Virus record (IMG/VR): IMGVR_UViG_3300047175_000146
Coordinates: 1-62,811 of that record
Strand: one strand, 5' to 3'
Source of the DNA: a virus
DNA length: 62,811 bases
A model generated the notes under the pieces. The model was not told where the DNA came from. It saw only the letters and a list, made by a program, of their open reading frames with translations, and searched no databases. A program made the translations under genes and the position numbers. Shown in pieces: positions 41,328-48,639 of the stretch (positions are counted from its first letter, which is position 1; each line of letters begins with the position of its first letter).

Positions 41328-41536
41328 GGTTTTCCCTCAAGCGCACTTTGGCGCCGGTAGATGTTTTCGATCGTGGTTTTCGATACTCCGTACTGTTTCG
41401 CCAAATGCGGGGTCGTCAGCCGCCGGCGCAGCATGAAGGCCCTGTAGATGCGTCTCTCCTGCGCCCTGGTTAAACGGCGGGGACGCCCACCAACCTTCCC
41501 GGTGCCATCGCCATACGGAGGGACGTCCTCGCTCAT
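41324..41536 (-). CDS. Small HTH DNA-binding protein
   Basis: 'RLTRAQERRIYRAFMLRRRLTTPHLAKQYGVSKTTIENIY' has a helix-turn-helix layout. Confidence 0.55.
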   Translation of the reverse strand: MSEDVPPYGDGTGKVGGRPRRLTRAQERRIYRAFMLRRRLTTPHLAKQYGVSKTTIENIYRRQSALEGKP

Positions 41537-42045
41537 GCGCTGGTGCTCGCGACAATGGGGCCGACCGTGCAGTGCCGGCAGGTGGCTGCCAGCAGCAGCG
41601 CCATGTTGGGCGTGATTTCGTGCGCCGGTGCGGGCAGGGGGAAGGGTAGCAATTGGACGTGCTGCAGGGCGTTCACCAGCAACGCCGAGCAGTCATAGGT
41701 GCCCACCCGATGCAACATGCGCTGCAAGATCGTGCCCTCGATGTCCGGCAGCGCGTAATAATCGCCGATCTTGGCCCGCAAGTTCGCTTCCCACGCCGCG
41801 TACGTGGCATCCATCACCGGAATCGTGATGCGGCGTTTGTAACGCCACGCCTCGATCTGCGGCTCGCGGATGTGGATGCCTGGCGGCACAGAACCCAGCC
41901 GATCGTTGCGCGCGTCTAAATAGCGGCCGTCCTCGAGCACGCTGGCGCAATGTGACCAGCGGTTATGCGGCGAGCCGCCCCAGAGGCCGATCAACCAGGA
42001 GGAGCAGTCGGTGCCCATCAAGAAATCCAGCCTGATGGTTTTCAT
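41533..42045 (-). CDS. Possible permuted NlpC/P60 (YaeF/YiiX-like) cysteine amidase
   Basis: A His-containing strand 'RWSHCASVLEDGRYLDA' precedes 'GTYDCSALLVNALQ' (DCS Cys motif), the order expected for permuted papain-like amidases. Confidence 0.4.
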   Translation of the reverse strand: MKTIRLDFLMGTDCSSWLIGLWGGSPHNRWSHCASVLEDGRYLDARNDRLGSVPPGIHIREPQIEAWRYKRRITIPVMDATYAAWEANLRAKIGDYYALPDIEGTILQRMLHRVGTYDCSALLVNALQHVQLLPFPLPAPAHEITPNMALLLAATCRHCTVGPIVASTSA

Positions 42046-42257
42046 GGTTCGTGCTGCGAGGAAAGCGCCGCGGCCTCGAGCTCCCGTTTACGGCGCAAGT
42101 AGTAGCTCAATTGACGCCGCAGGCACTCCCGTTGCTTCTCGCTCATCGCATCACGCAGCAGATCGGCCGCAAGGTTCACCATTCCCTGGATGCGTTCCAT
42201 TTCTTGAGCGGCGAGCAGGCCAGGAGCCGTGCGGGCCGAGCAAGTGTTCATGCGCAT
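42042..42257 (-). CDS. Hypothetical helical protein
   Basis: 71-aa ORF with an ATGA-type overlap with the downstream gene. Confidence 0.45.
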   Translation of the reverse strand: MRMNTCSARTAPGLLAAQEMERIQGMVNLAADLLRDAMSEKQRECLRRQLSYYLRRKRELEAAALSSQHEP

Positions 42258-42305
42258 GTCGATCTCCTTTGCTTCAGCCGAATCTGAACGTACCCGTTGT
42301 CGACT

Positions 42306-42461
42306 TTAATCATCGCAATCAGGCATTGGATTCTTGATCTCATCGCTTTGTGCTTCATCCTCCAACCCAGTGCTCGACATCAGAATGAGTACAACGAAGA
42401 TCCCGAGCCCTGCGAGAACTCCCCAGATACTCAGGAGCAGCGTTCTAATCGGCGTCTTCAC
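42306..42461 (-). CDS. Possible 51-aa single-TM protein (below the ORF-track cutoff)
   Basis: Own translation of the minus strand gives V/M-KTPIRTLLLSIWGVLAGLGIFVVLILMSSTGLEDEAQSDEIKNPMPDCDD-stop. GTG start. Confidence 0.3.
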   Translation of the reverse strand: MKTPIRTLLLSIWGVLAGLGIFVVLILMSSTGLEDEAQSDEIKNPMPDCDD

Positions 42462-42984
42462 GCTCAAGAACCCTCAAGCTGGATGGTGAAAGGGCGCACG
42501 GCTGCCCAACCCAAATGAATGAGAGCTCGTGCGCGTGTAAGCCGGCATGGAGCCAAGTCACGCTGCTCGCTTCGTTCAGGGCCCAAGCCCTGCTCCGTAT
42601 CGCGCTCCCGAGCTGTAACGCCGCGCGCCGGCTGATGGAGGCCCTCAGTAGCCGGTTTTGGCATGCGTGCTGACGTGGATTCCCCGCTCGCGCATGCCGA
42701 GGTGCTGGCAGGGGCGCGTTTCCAAACTTTGACGGGGAGAGCTCCTGGGGCGTGCATCGAGCAACGAAGTTTGCTAAACTGCAGCCTGACTTCGAGGGGC
42801 GTCTCGCGGTCAATGCTTGAAAAGGCGGGCAGCCTTCCAGGCACCAACGCCTCCGGCCGCAAGGCCGGGGGCGTTGTCATTTTTACACCCAGCCGTGCGA
42901 TATGGCTAGCGCAATCCGCTGAAGCACAAGATATGGTGGGCGGCGCCAGCGCCGGCCCCCATTGCTGGGAAGCAGCCACGCCCA

Positions 42985-43185
42985 TCACTTGAATAACTCC
43001 GGATTGAGATCTTCAATCGGCACGCCGCTCGCGTCGCTGAACTCTCGCAAATGCTTGATCGGCACGCCTCGAGTGCGCCAATGCTGCAGCGCAGCGGGCG
43101 TGATCTTGAAACGAGCGGCCGTCTTGACGAATCCGCCCAAGGCCGCTATTCCGCGGTTGATGGCCGCGAGTCTTTTTTTCTCCAT
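42985..43185 (-). CDS. Cro/YdaS-like HTH regulator
   Basis: 'MEKKRLAAINRGIAALGGFVKTAARFKITPAALQHWRTRGVPIKHLREFSDASGVPIEDLNPELF' fits the YdaS/Cro pattern. It is the first gene of the leftward operon at the divergent promoter. Confidence 0.65.
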   Translation of the reverse strand: MEKKRLAAINRGIAALGGFVKTAARFKITPAALQHWRTRGVPIKHLREFSDASGVPIEDLNPELFK

Positions 43186-43276
43186 GTCCGCAACGATACA
43201 TACATTTAAGTATTGACACAAGTAAGTTTATATCTGTAGATTCCGAACGCATCACAGACGCTCAAAAGGAATCGAC
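43186..43276. promoter_or_regulatory. AT-rich divergent promoter region (rightward TTGACA-N18-TAGATT)
   Basis: TTGACA at 43213..43218 and TAGATT at 43237..43242. This is the most AT-rich intergenic stretch and separates the leftward (Cro-like) and rightward early operons. Confidence 0.5.
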
Positions 43277-43552
43277 ATGGAAATCGACGAGAACCTGAAC
43301 AACGAACGGCTGCAGCGCGCCATCAGATGCCTGCAACTGATCCAGCGCACCAATCCGCCGAAATCGCCGATCACCAAGGCCGCGGCCAAGGCGCTCGTTC
43401 CGCTCATGGACGAGGCGGCCAATCGTCCCTTGCCGACCTCGCGCGGCAAGCGTTATGTGGCGGCCAATCCGCCGCCGTTCATGGGCGTCGATGACAATCG
43501 CCGGGATCTGCTGCCCGTTATGCCGGGCACCCTTGAGGAGACCGGCACGTGA
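43277..43552 (+). CDS. Hypothetical early protein
   Basis: 91-aa ORF, first rightward gene after the promoter region. Confidence 0.5.
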   Translation: MEIDENLNNERLQRAIRCLQLIQRTNPPKSPITKAAAKALVPLMDEAANRPLPTSRGKRYVAANPPPFMGVDDNRRDLLPVMPGTLEETGT

Positions 43553-43830
43553 CCATCATCGATGCGATGCACGCGGCAAATGAGGCCATAACGGCGGATT
43601 TTGCGCCTGATCTTCTTGAGCGGACGCGCCAACAAATCAACCGACACGACGCCAAAACCTGGGAACAAGCCCGCGAATTCGCCGCTGTTATGGTGCGAAA
43701 CGGCTGGGACGTCGAAACTGCCGCCCACCGGGCCGCCGAGAAATTCTCGGCGTCAGCGCGGCCATTGCAGGTGCTGCTGCTCGATGAGATGGAGACTTTC
43801 AAGGGTGACCTGGGGCGAGCCAACTCATGA
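43549..43830 (+). CDS. Hypothetical early protein
   Basis: 93-aa ORF with a 4-nt overlap with the upstream gene. Confidence 0.5.
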   Translation: MTIIDAMHAANEAITADFAPDLLERTRQQINRHDAKTWEQAREFAAVMVRNGWDVETAAHRAAEKFSASARPLQVLLLDEMETFKGDLGRANS

Positions 43831-44147
43831 GCGAATTTCGCTGGGCGCCGCATCTGTACCTGGACAGCACGCCGGCGCTCATCGAGCGCGAGATCAAACG
43901 CCGCAACGAGATCGCACTGCGCCGCTGGCAGGTCAAGCGCGAGCTTATCGTCAGCGGCAACTTGACGCCGCTCGACCCGCGCCCGACCTACATGATCAAT
44001 TATTACGACTGCTACTACCGCCGCCTGCGCGAGGCGGCCTGTGGCTTTTTGAGCCGTTTGGCCATCAAGCGTCAGATGCGCGCCCGACTGCAGCGACTCA
44101 TCGATGAGGATTTTCTACCAGCCCAATTAGGTCAACAGGGGAACTGA
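43827..44147 (+). CDS. Hypothetical early protein
   Basis: 106-aa ORF with a 4-nt overlap with the upstream gene. Confidence 0.5.
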   Translation: MSEFRWAPHLYLDSTPALIEREIKRRNEIALRRWQVKRELIVSGNLTPLDPRPTYMINYYDCYYRRLREAACGFLSRLAIKRQMRARLQRLIDEDFLPAQLGQQGN

Positions 44148-44150
44148 CAA

Positions 44151-44837
44151 ATGCGTACCTCCGACATGATCAAATCGAAATTCTGGCGCGGCAAGGACTT
44201 GGAAGGCCGCCCGCCGGTCACGCTCACCATCGCCGATGTCACCGAGGAGTTGGTCGGCCGTGGCAAACACCAGGAGCCGAAGTGTTTTCTGTGGTTCAAC
44301 GAGGGGCTCAAAGGCCTGCAGCTCAACAAAAAACGCATTGAGGTGCTCGAATACGCGTACGGCCCGGATTCGGACCTGTGGCGCGATAAGCGCGTGCGCC
44401 TGTCCTTCGATCCGACCGTGATGTTCGGCGACAAGGTGGTGGGCGGGGTGCGCTTGGAAACACCGCCCGGCGCGGTATACCGGCCGGCCGCGGGCGCGCC
44501 GGGCGCACCCGTCAACGTCCCTGCCGGCGCGCCACCGCCGCCGGTGTGGAACGGCCGCGAGTGGGTCACGCAGCAGCCGCCAGCAGCACCGGCGCCGCCA
44601 CCGCCGCCAGCGCCAGTCTGGAATGGCGCCACCGGCCGTTGGGAGATCGTCAATCCCGGCACCGGGGAGATCGTGCCGCCGCGCGCGCCCGCAACGCCGC
44701 CAGCGCCGTACGCGCCCCCGCCGACCATCAGCCAGCGCATCGCGCAAGGCAGCGCTGCCGATCAGGCCTGGGATAAGGACTACAAACCAGTGGCGGTCGC
44801 CGGCGATCCCGATTTCGACGACCCGATCCCATTTTGA
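44151..44837 (+). CDS. SSB-like protein: N-terminal domain, Pro-rich linker, canonical SSB C-terminal tip
   Basis: The architecture is a roughly 110-aa N-domain plus a roughly 105-aa Pro/Ala linker, ending in 'DPDFDDPIPF' (44811..44834; compare bacterial SSB tail DFDDDIPF). Confidence 0.55.
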   Translation: MRTSDMIKSKFWRGKDLEGRPPVTLTIADVTEELVGRGKHQEPKCFLWFNEGLKGLQLNKKRIEVLEYAYGPDSDLWRDKRVRLSFDPTVMFGDKVVGGVRLETPPGAVYRPAAGAPGAPVNVPAGAPPPPVWNGREWVTQQPPAAPAPPPPPAPVWNGATGRWEIVNPGTGEIVPPRAPATPPAPYAPPPTISQRIAQGSAADQAWDKDYKPVAVAGDPDFDDPIPF

Positions 44838-44874
44838 CGTGCAAGCCACCCAATCACCGCGCTCGGCGCGGCGC

Positions 44875-45093
44875 ATGAAATGTCAGTGCGCAGGTTGTCA
44901 GCGCTGGGTGATCGAGCGCTATTTCTGCTGTCACCGGTGCCGCGACATCATGGGCCAGGAGTTGTACCGTGCAGCATGCGATGTCTGGCTGGCACGGCCG
45001 TTCGATCGACAAAATTGGGCCCGCATGCTGCGCGACGTCAACGCCCACATAAAAATACTCATTGAGGCATCCCGTGCAGTTACCCGATCTTAA
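44875..45093 (+). CDS. Small Cys-rich (zinc-binding?) protein
   Basis: 'MKCQCAGCQRWVIERYFCCHRCRD...'. Confidence 0.5.
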   Translation: MKCQCAGCQRWVIERYFCCHRCRDIMGQELYRAACDVWLARPFDRQNWARMLRDVNAHIKILIEASRAVTRS

Positions 45094-45418
45094 GGTATTT
45101 CATCAAGTATCTGACAGAGTTGTCTGCTCAAAAGCCAGACAAACTAGTGGGCGATGCAGCCATCGGATACTGGAATGCCATTCACTCGGTTACTTGGGCC
45201 GCGCAGATGGCAGATTACGCCGTTACGGGTATCCAAAAGCATGAGCCGTGGCTAGTAACAACCGTCAATCCAGACGCGGAGGGGAAATAGATATCGGGCC
45301 TGCCTTTTAGGTCAATCAGGTTAATCGCGTCCGCATAATGAATCGAGTTGGCAGGCGCGTGTCGTGTGACCCAGGCATAACAAGGCCCGATAATTATTTG
45401 CCCACCAGGAGAATTACG

Positions 45419-45754
45419 ATGGCGACAGACGCACAGATCGAAAGTGAGATTCAGGCCAAGGGATTGACGGCGCCGCGCGTCACTCCGCAGCAGATAGAGG
45501 ACACGATAAGGGCCCAGTACACGTTCACGGCGTACAACGCTTTAGGAGACGGTGTGCCGCTTGTCGATGAACTGAAGTTGCTGACCATCGCCGTGCTTGT
45601 GCTGAGGAACGGTTTCACGGTAACCGGAGAGTCGGCATGCGCCAGCCCTGAAAACTTTGATGCCGAGCTGGGCGCGAAGATCGCGGTACAGAATGCCAAG
45701 GCTAAGATTTGGGCACTCGAAGGTTATCTGCTCAAGTCCAAACTCAGCACGTAA
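45419..45754 (+). CDS. N4 Gp49 / Sf6 gp66-family protein
   Basis: 'LTIAVLVLRNGFTVTGESACASPENFDAELGAKIAVQNAKAKIWALEGYLLKS' is the hallmark pattern. RBS aggaga. Confidence 0.7.
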   Translation: MATDAQIESEIQAKGLTAPRVTPQQIEDTIRAQYTFTAYNALGDGVPLVDELKLLTIAVLVLRNGFTVTGESACASPENFDAELGAKIAVQNAKAKIWALEGYLLKSKLST

Positions 45755-45772
45755 TACAGGGGGTGATGGGAA

Positions 45773-45991
45773 ATGACACCGATTCCAATCAGCGCAGCCA
45801 AGCGAATCGCACAGGACTACGATTACGACCAAGTGGTGATCGTCGCCCGGAAGGTCGGCGGCGGCGAGTATTGCACTACCTACGGTGTGGGCAAAGCTAA
45901 CTGCGACGTTGCTGCCCGCATCGGCAATTTCTTCAAGCACAAGCTAATGGGGTGGCCCGTAACTACGTCCGATGGAGAGGTGAAGCCATGA
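45773..45991 (+). CDS. Hypothetical protein
   Basis: 72-aa ORF. Confidence 0.45.
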   Translation: MTPIPISAAKRIAQDYDYDQVVIVARKVGGGEYCTTYGVGKANCDVAARIGNFFKHKLMGWPVTTSDGEVKP

Positions 45992-46311
45992 CAGTTGCCC
46001 GCGTATGCCCTAACCGCGCCACTGATTGTGAGGACGTGATGATCGAATTAGCCGACGCGCAGAAGCGCATCCGCGAGCTTGAGGCGGCGCTGCACAAGTA
46101 TGGACACCACGAGCCGGCTTGCGAGTTTTTGCAGGACACGCTGCCCTGTTCGTGCGGGTTTGAGGCTTTGAGATCTACTGCGGAAACGCCAGGTGAGCCC
46201 CTGCCGAAGTTTGAATGCGGTATGGGCTGCGGTCGCACGTTCTGTAGTCCTAAGGGCCGAGACCACCACGAAGAATTGTGCGAAGGCCGTACACCGAACC
46301 GAGATTCCTAG
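45988..46311 (+). CDS. Cys/His-rich hypothetical protein
   Basis: ATGA overlap start. Contains 'PACEFLQDTLPCSCG' and 'FECGMGCGRTFCSPKGRDHHEELC'. Confidence 0.5.
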   Translation: MTVARVCPNRATDCEDVMIELADAQKRIRELEAALHKYGHHEPACEFLQDTLPCSCGFEALRSTAETPGEPLPKFECGMGCGRTFCSPKGRDHHEELCEGRTPNRDS

Positions 46312-46312
46312 C

Positions 46313-46621
46313 ATGAGTGACAAATACATTTTGGACGGCCACAAAGCCCGGCGCTGCAATGACCTGATGAAGTGGGCCGAATGGTTCGAGACAGCCGATT
46401 GCCGCGTAGCCGAAACCGTTGTAGGCGACAAGCGCGTCTCTACCGTGTTCATTGGCCTAGACCATCAGTTTGGTGACGGTCCTCCGTTGATCTTTGAAAC
46501 CATGATTTTTGGCTTGGCGGATGACGGCGAATATCAGACGCGCTGCGAAACTTGGGAAGAGGCCGAAGAGATGCACCGCGTTGCCGTAGCTACTTTGACC
46601 GGGGAAGGTGAGGGGAAATGA
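46313..46621 (+). CDS. Hypothetical protein
   Basis: ATG 46313. 'VSTVFIGLDHQFGDGPPLIFETMIFG' is a motif I recall from many phage/prophage small proteins. Confidence 0.5.
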   Translation: MSDKYILDGHKARRCNDLMKWAEWFETADCRVAETVVGDKRVSTVFIGLDHQFGDGPPLIFETMIFGLADDGEYQTRCETWEEAEEMHRVAVATLTGEGEGK

Positions 46622-46950
46622 CAGAAACAAAACGCCACAGCATGGGTCGAGCCGCAGCGATCAATTTATACGAATCCAAATGGTGGGTCGGCAAATCACC
46701 AGAGGAAATCTGCGACGTGCAGTTGTTCATCGAGGAACTGTGCATGCCGTTTGGCGACTTTCATAAAGCGATCACGGATGCCCTTGGCCGCGACGTATAC
46801 ACGCACGAATTTGGCCTCAATTACGACGGGTTGGTCGCCGAGTATTTGGGAGATGCAAAGGCCCCGACGATTGAGGAAATAATTGGATTGCTGCCCGCCG
46901 ACAAGACGATCGTCCTAGTAACTTCGAGTGACGGAGCCGAGGGTGGCTGA
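46618..46950 (+). CDS. Hypothetical protein
   Basis: 110-aa ORF with an ATGA overlap. Confidence 0.5.
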   Translation: MTETKRHSMGRAAAINLYESKWWVGKSPEEICDVQLFIEELCMPFGDFHKAITDALGRDVYTHEFGLNYDGLVAEYLGDAKAPTIEEIIGLLPADKTIVLVTSSDGAEGG

Positions 46951-47230
46951 CGTGCTTTCACTCTTCGCATCAAGATTTTATGCAGGTGCGGCGGATAGTC
47001 CGCTCTGCCATCTACACCCGACGGCGATGATGCGTCGCTTGAAGTGCAAGAGCGCCGCCGCGCAGGCGCTCGCAGACCGTTTCCCGGGGGTTTCGTATCT
47101 CGCGTGGACCTGGAATTTTGGCTACGGTGGCTGGTCGCTCATCAGCGACGCAAACGGGGATTTGTCGGGCAGTGCCTATGCCGCCGCCGTCAAAGCGCAC
47201 TATCTGGCGCGCGCGAAGGCAAATCCGTGA
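46928..47230 (+). pseudogene. ORF whose C-terminal ~55 aa is a relic of a second GH5-type enzyme
   Basis: 'AAQALADRFPGVSYLAWTWNFGYGGWSLISDANGDLSGSAYAAAVKAHYLARAKANP' aligns with the C-terminus of 38775..40166 ('AAQSMGAAGASFPGVSYFAWTWDAWTGVSSFILITDSSGTPTPYGAFVKAHYLARQAAGG'). No catalytic region is present. Confidence 0.55.
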
Positions 47231-47267
47231 GGTGCGCGGGCGACCATTGTTTCACGTGGAACATCCC

Positions 47268-47645
47268 ATGACGCGCACCGTCGAGGAACTGGCGCGCGAG
47301 AACGCCCTGATGAAAAGCTATCTCGCCAAATACGAAGGACTGCGCCGCACGGTTCAGGACCTGGTTGCCGGCCATCCCACTCAAGGCTTCGAGTACAATC
47401 CGACCCAAATCACGCCGGTGCAGTTTCAGCGCCAGATCATGGGGCATGTGATTTCGACGCTGTCGCGGGCATTGCAGTTGTTGAGCGGCGCCCTGCCGAG
47501 TGTGCGCGACGCAACACTCAGCGTACCGGCGCTCGAGGGCAAATCGGCCATGGTGCTGTATTTTGCGACCGAGCAGGCGCGCGAGATGTACCGGCAACGC
47601 GTGCTGGAAGATTTCGAGCAGATCCACGAGGTGCGCTGCCTATGA
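47268..47645 (+). CDS. Hypothetical protein
   Basis: ATG 47268 within ORF 47118..47645. Confidence 0.5.
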   Translation: MTRTVEELARENALMKSYLAKYEGLRRTVQDLVAGHPTQGFEYNPTQITPVQFQRQIMGHVISTLSRALQLLSGALPSVRDATLSVPALEGKSAMVLYFATEQAREMYRQRVLEDFEQIHEVRCL

Positions 47646-48019
47646 CAGTCAATGGTAATTCGTCGGTGTGCCCATTTTGCGGCACAGACCGCGTATCGGC
47701 GGCCGCGCACACGTGTCCGGGATTCGAGAACGCCGGCTCTGAGAATGGGCTCTTGGGTAGCGTAATGCGCCATCAACCCATCGACGCGCAAGCGCGCGAG
47801 GCTCATATCCGCGACCAGGCGTACAAAGAGGGCCTGCGCGTCGGTCTCGACTGGGGCCGCAAGGTGAGCGAGCGCGTATTGAGGCAAAGCCTGGCGGCCA
47901 TCGCCGGTGACTTCAATCCGCGCGCCCTGCCGGAAAACCTGCAGCACAGTTGCGATGAGGGCGCAGACGGCATCAGCTTGGGAAACCCGTTTGATGGCAA
48001 AAGTCGGGTAATGCCATGA
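47642..48019 (+). CDS. Hypothetical protein
   Basis: 125-aa ORF with an ATGA overlap. Confidence 0.5.
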   Translation: MTVNGNSSVCPFCGTDRVSAAAHTCPGFENAGSENGLLGSVMRHQPIDAQAREAHIRDQAYKEGLRVGLDWGRKVSERVLRQSLAAIAGDFNPRALPENLQHSCDEGADGISLGNPFDGKSRVMP

Positions 48020-48396
48020 CTTTAGAGGATGATTTCGTGGAATTTTGGATGCTTGGCGGCCGGATCACCCGGTTGGCTCTGGTTGACCTCTTCCCGCGCT
48101 GGCTCAATGCCAACGTGTTCACGTTCCTGTGTCCGTGCTGCTGGCAGGTGCTGTTGACCGTCAAGCGCGCTCCGATGGCGCTGGACGAGCAATGGGCGTT
48201 GTTCGATTCGGCGTTCGGTGAGGACTGCTCCCACATTATCGTCCCCACCCGCCCGTCAGCGGCATGGACCATGAACGGCGATGATTTCGAACGCATGACG
48301 GTAACGCCGTCGGTGGATGCCTCGCAAGCCGGCCATTGGCACGGTTTCATCAACTACGGCCATATCGTGGGCGGACAGGTCAAGTCCTGTCGGTGA
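48016..48396 (+). CDS. Hypothetical protein (DUF6527-like by motif), 3' end altered by tandem duplication
   Basis: 'LCPCCWQVLL...TVTPSVDASQAGHWHGFINYGHIVG'. The ORF ends ...GGQVKSCR-stop, whereas the duplicated copy ends ...GGQVKS-stop. Confidence 0.55.
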   Translation: MTLEDDFVEFWMLGGRITRLALVDLFPRWLNANVFTFLCPCCWQVLLTVKRAPMALDEQWALFDSAFGEDCSHIIVPTRPSAAWTMNGDDFERMTVTPSVDASQAGHWHGFINYGHIVGGQVKSCR

Positions 48397-48565
48397 GGAC
48401 TGCTCCCACATTATCGTCCCCACCCGCCCGTCAGCGGCATGGACCATGAACGGCGATGATTTCGAACGCATGACGGTAACGCCGTCGGTGGATGCCTCGC
48501 AAGCCGGCCATTGGCACGGTTTCATCAACTACGGCCATATCGTGGGCGGACAGGTCAAGTCCTGA
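48216..48565 (+). repeat. Perfect tandem duplication, 2 x 175 bp
   Basis: 48216..48390 and 48391..48565 are identical except for the last base (t vs a). 175 is not a multiple of 3. Confidence 0.9.
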
Positions 48566-48578
48566 CAGCCGCTGACAG
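48562..48578 (+). promoter_or_regulatory. Recurrent 17-nt intergenic element, copy 3 (CTGACAGCCGCTGACAG), TAATCT at +23..+28
   Basis: Starts at the stop codon of duplicated copy 2, 62 nt upstream of the portal start 48640. Confidence 0.5.
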
Positions 48579-48639
48579 TCCTTAAAATCCCCCAACCCGT
48601 TAATCTGCCGGGCGTTCCACCTGTAGTTCCGGAGCGCGC

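Noticed and set aside
42985-43276. A lysogeny switch (CI/Cro plus integrase)
   Set aside because: Only a Cro/YdaS-like gene and a divergent promoter are present. No CI-like repressor, integrase, excisionase or attP-like repeat was seen.
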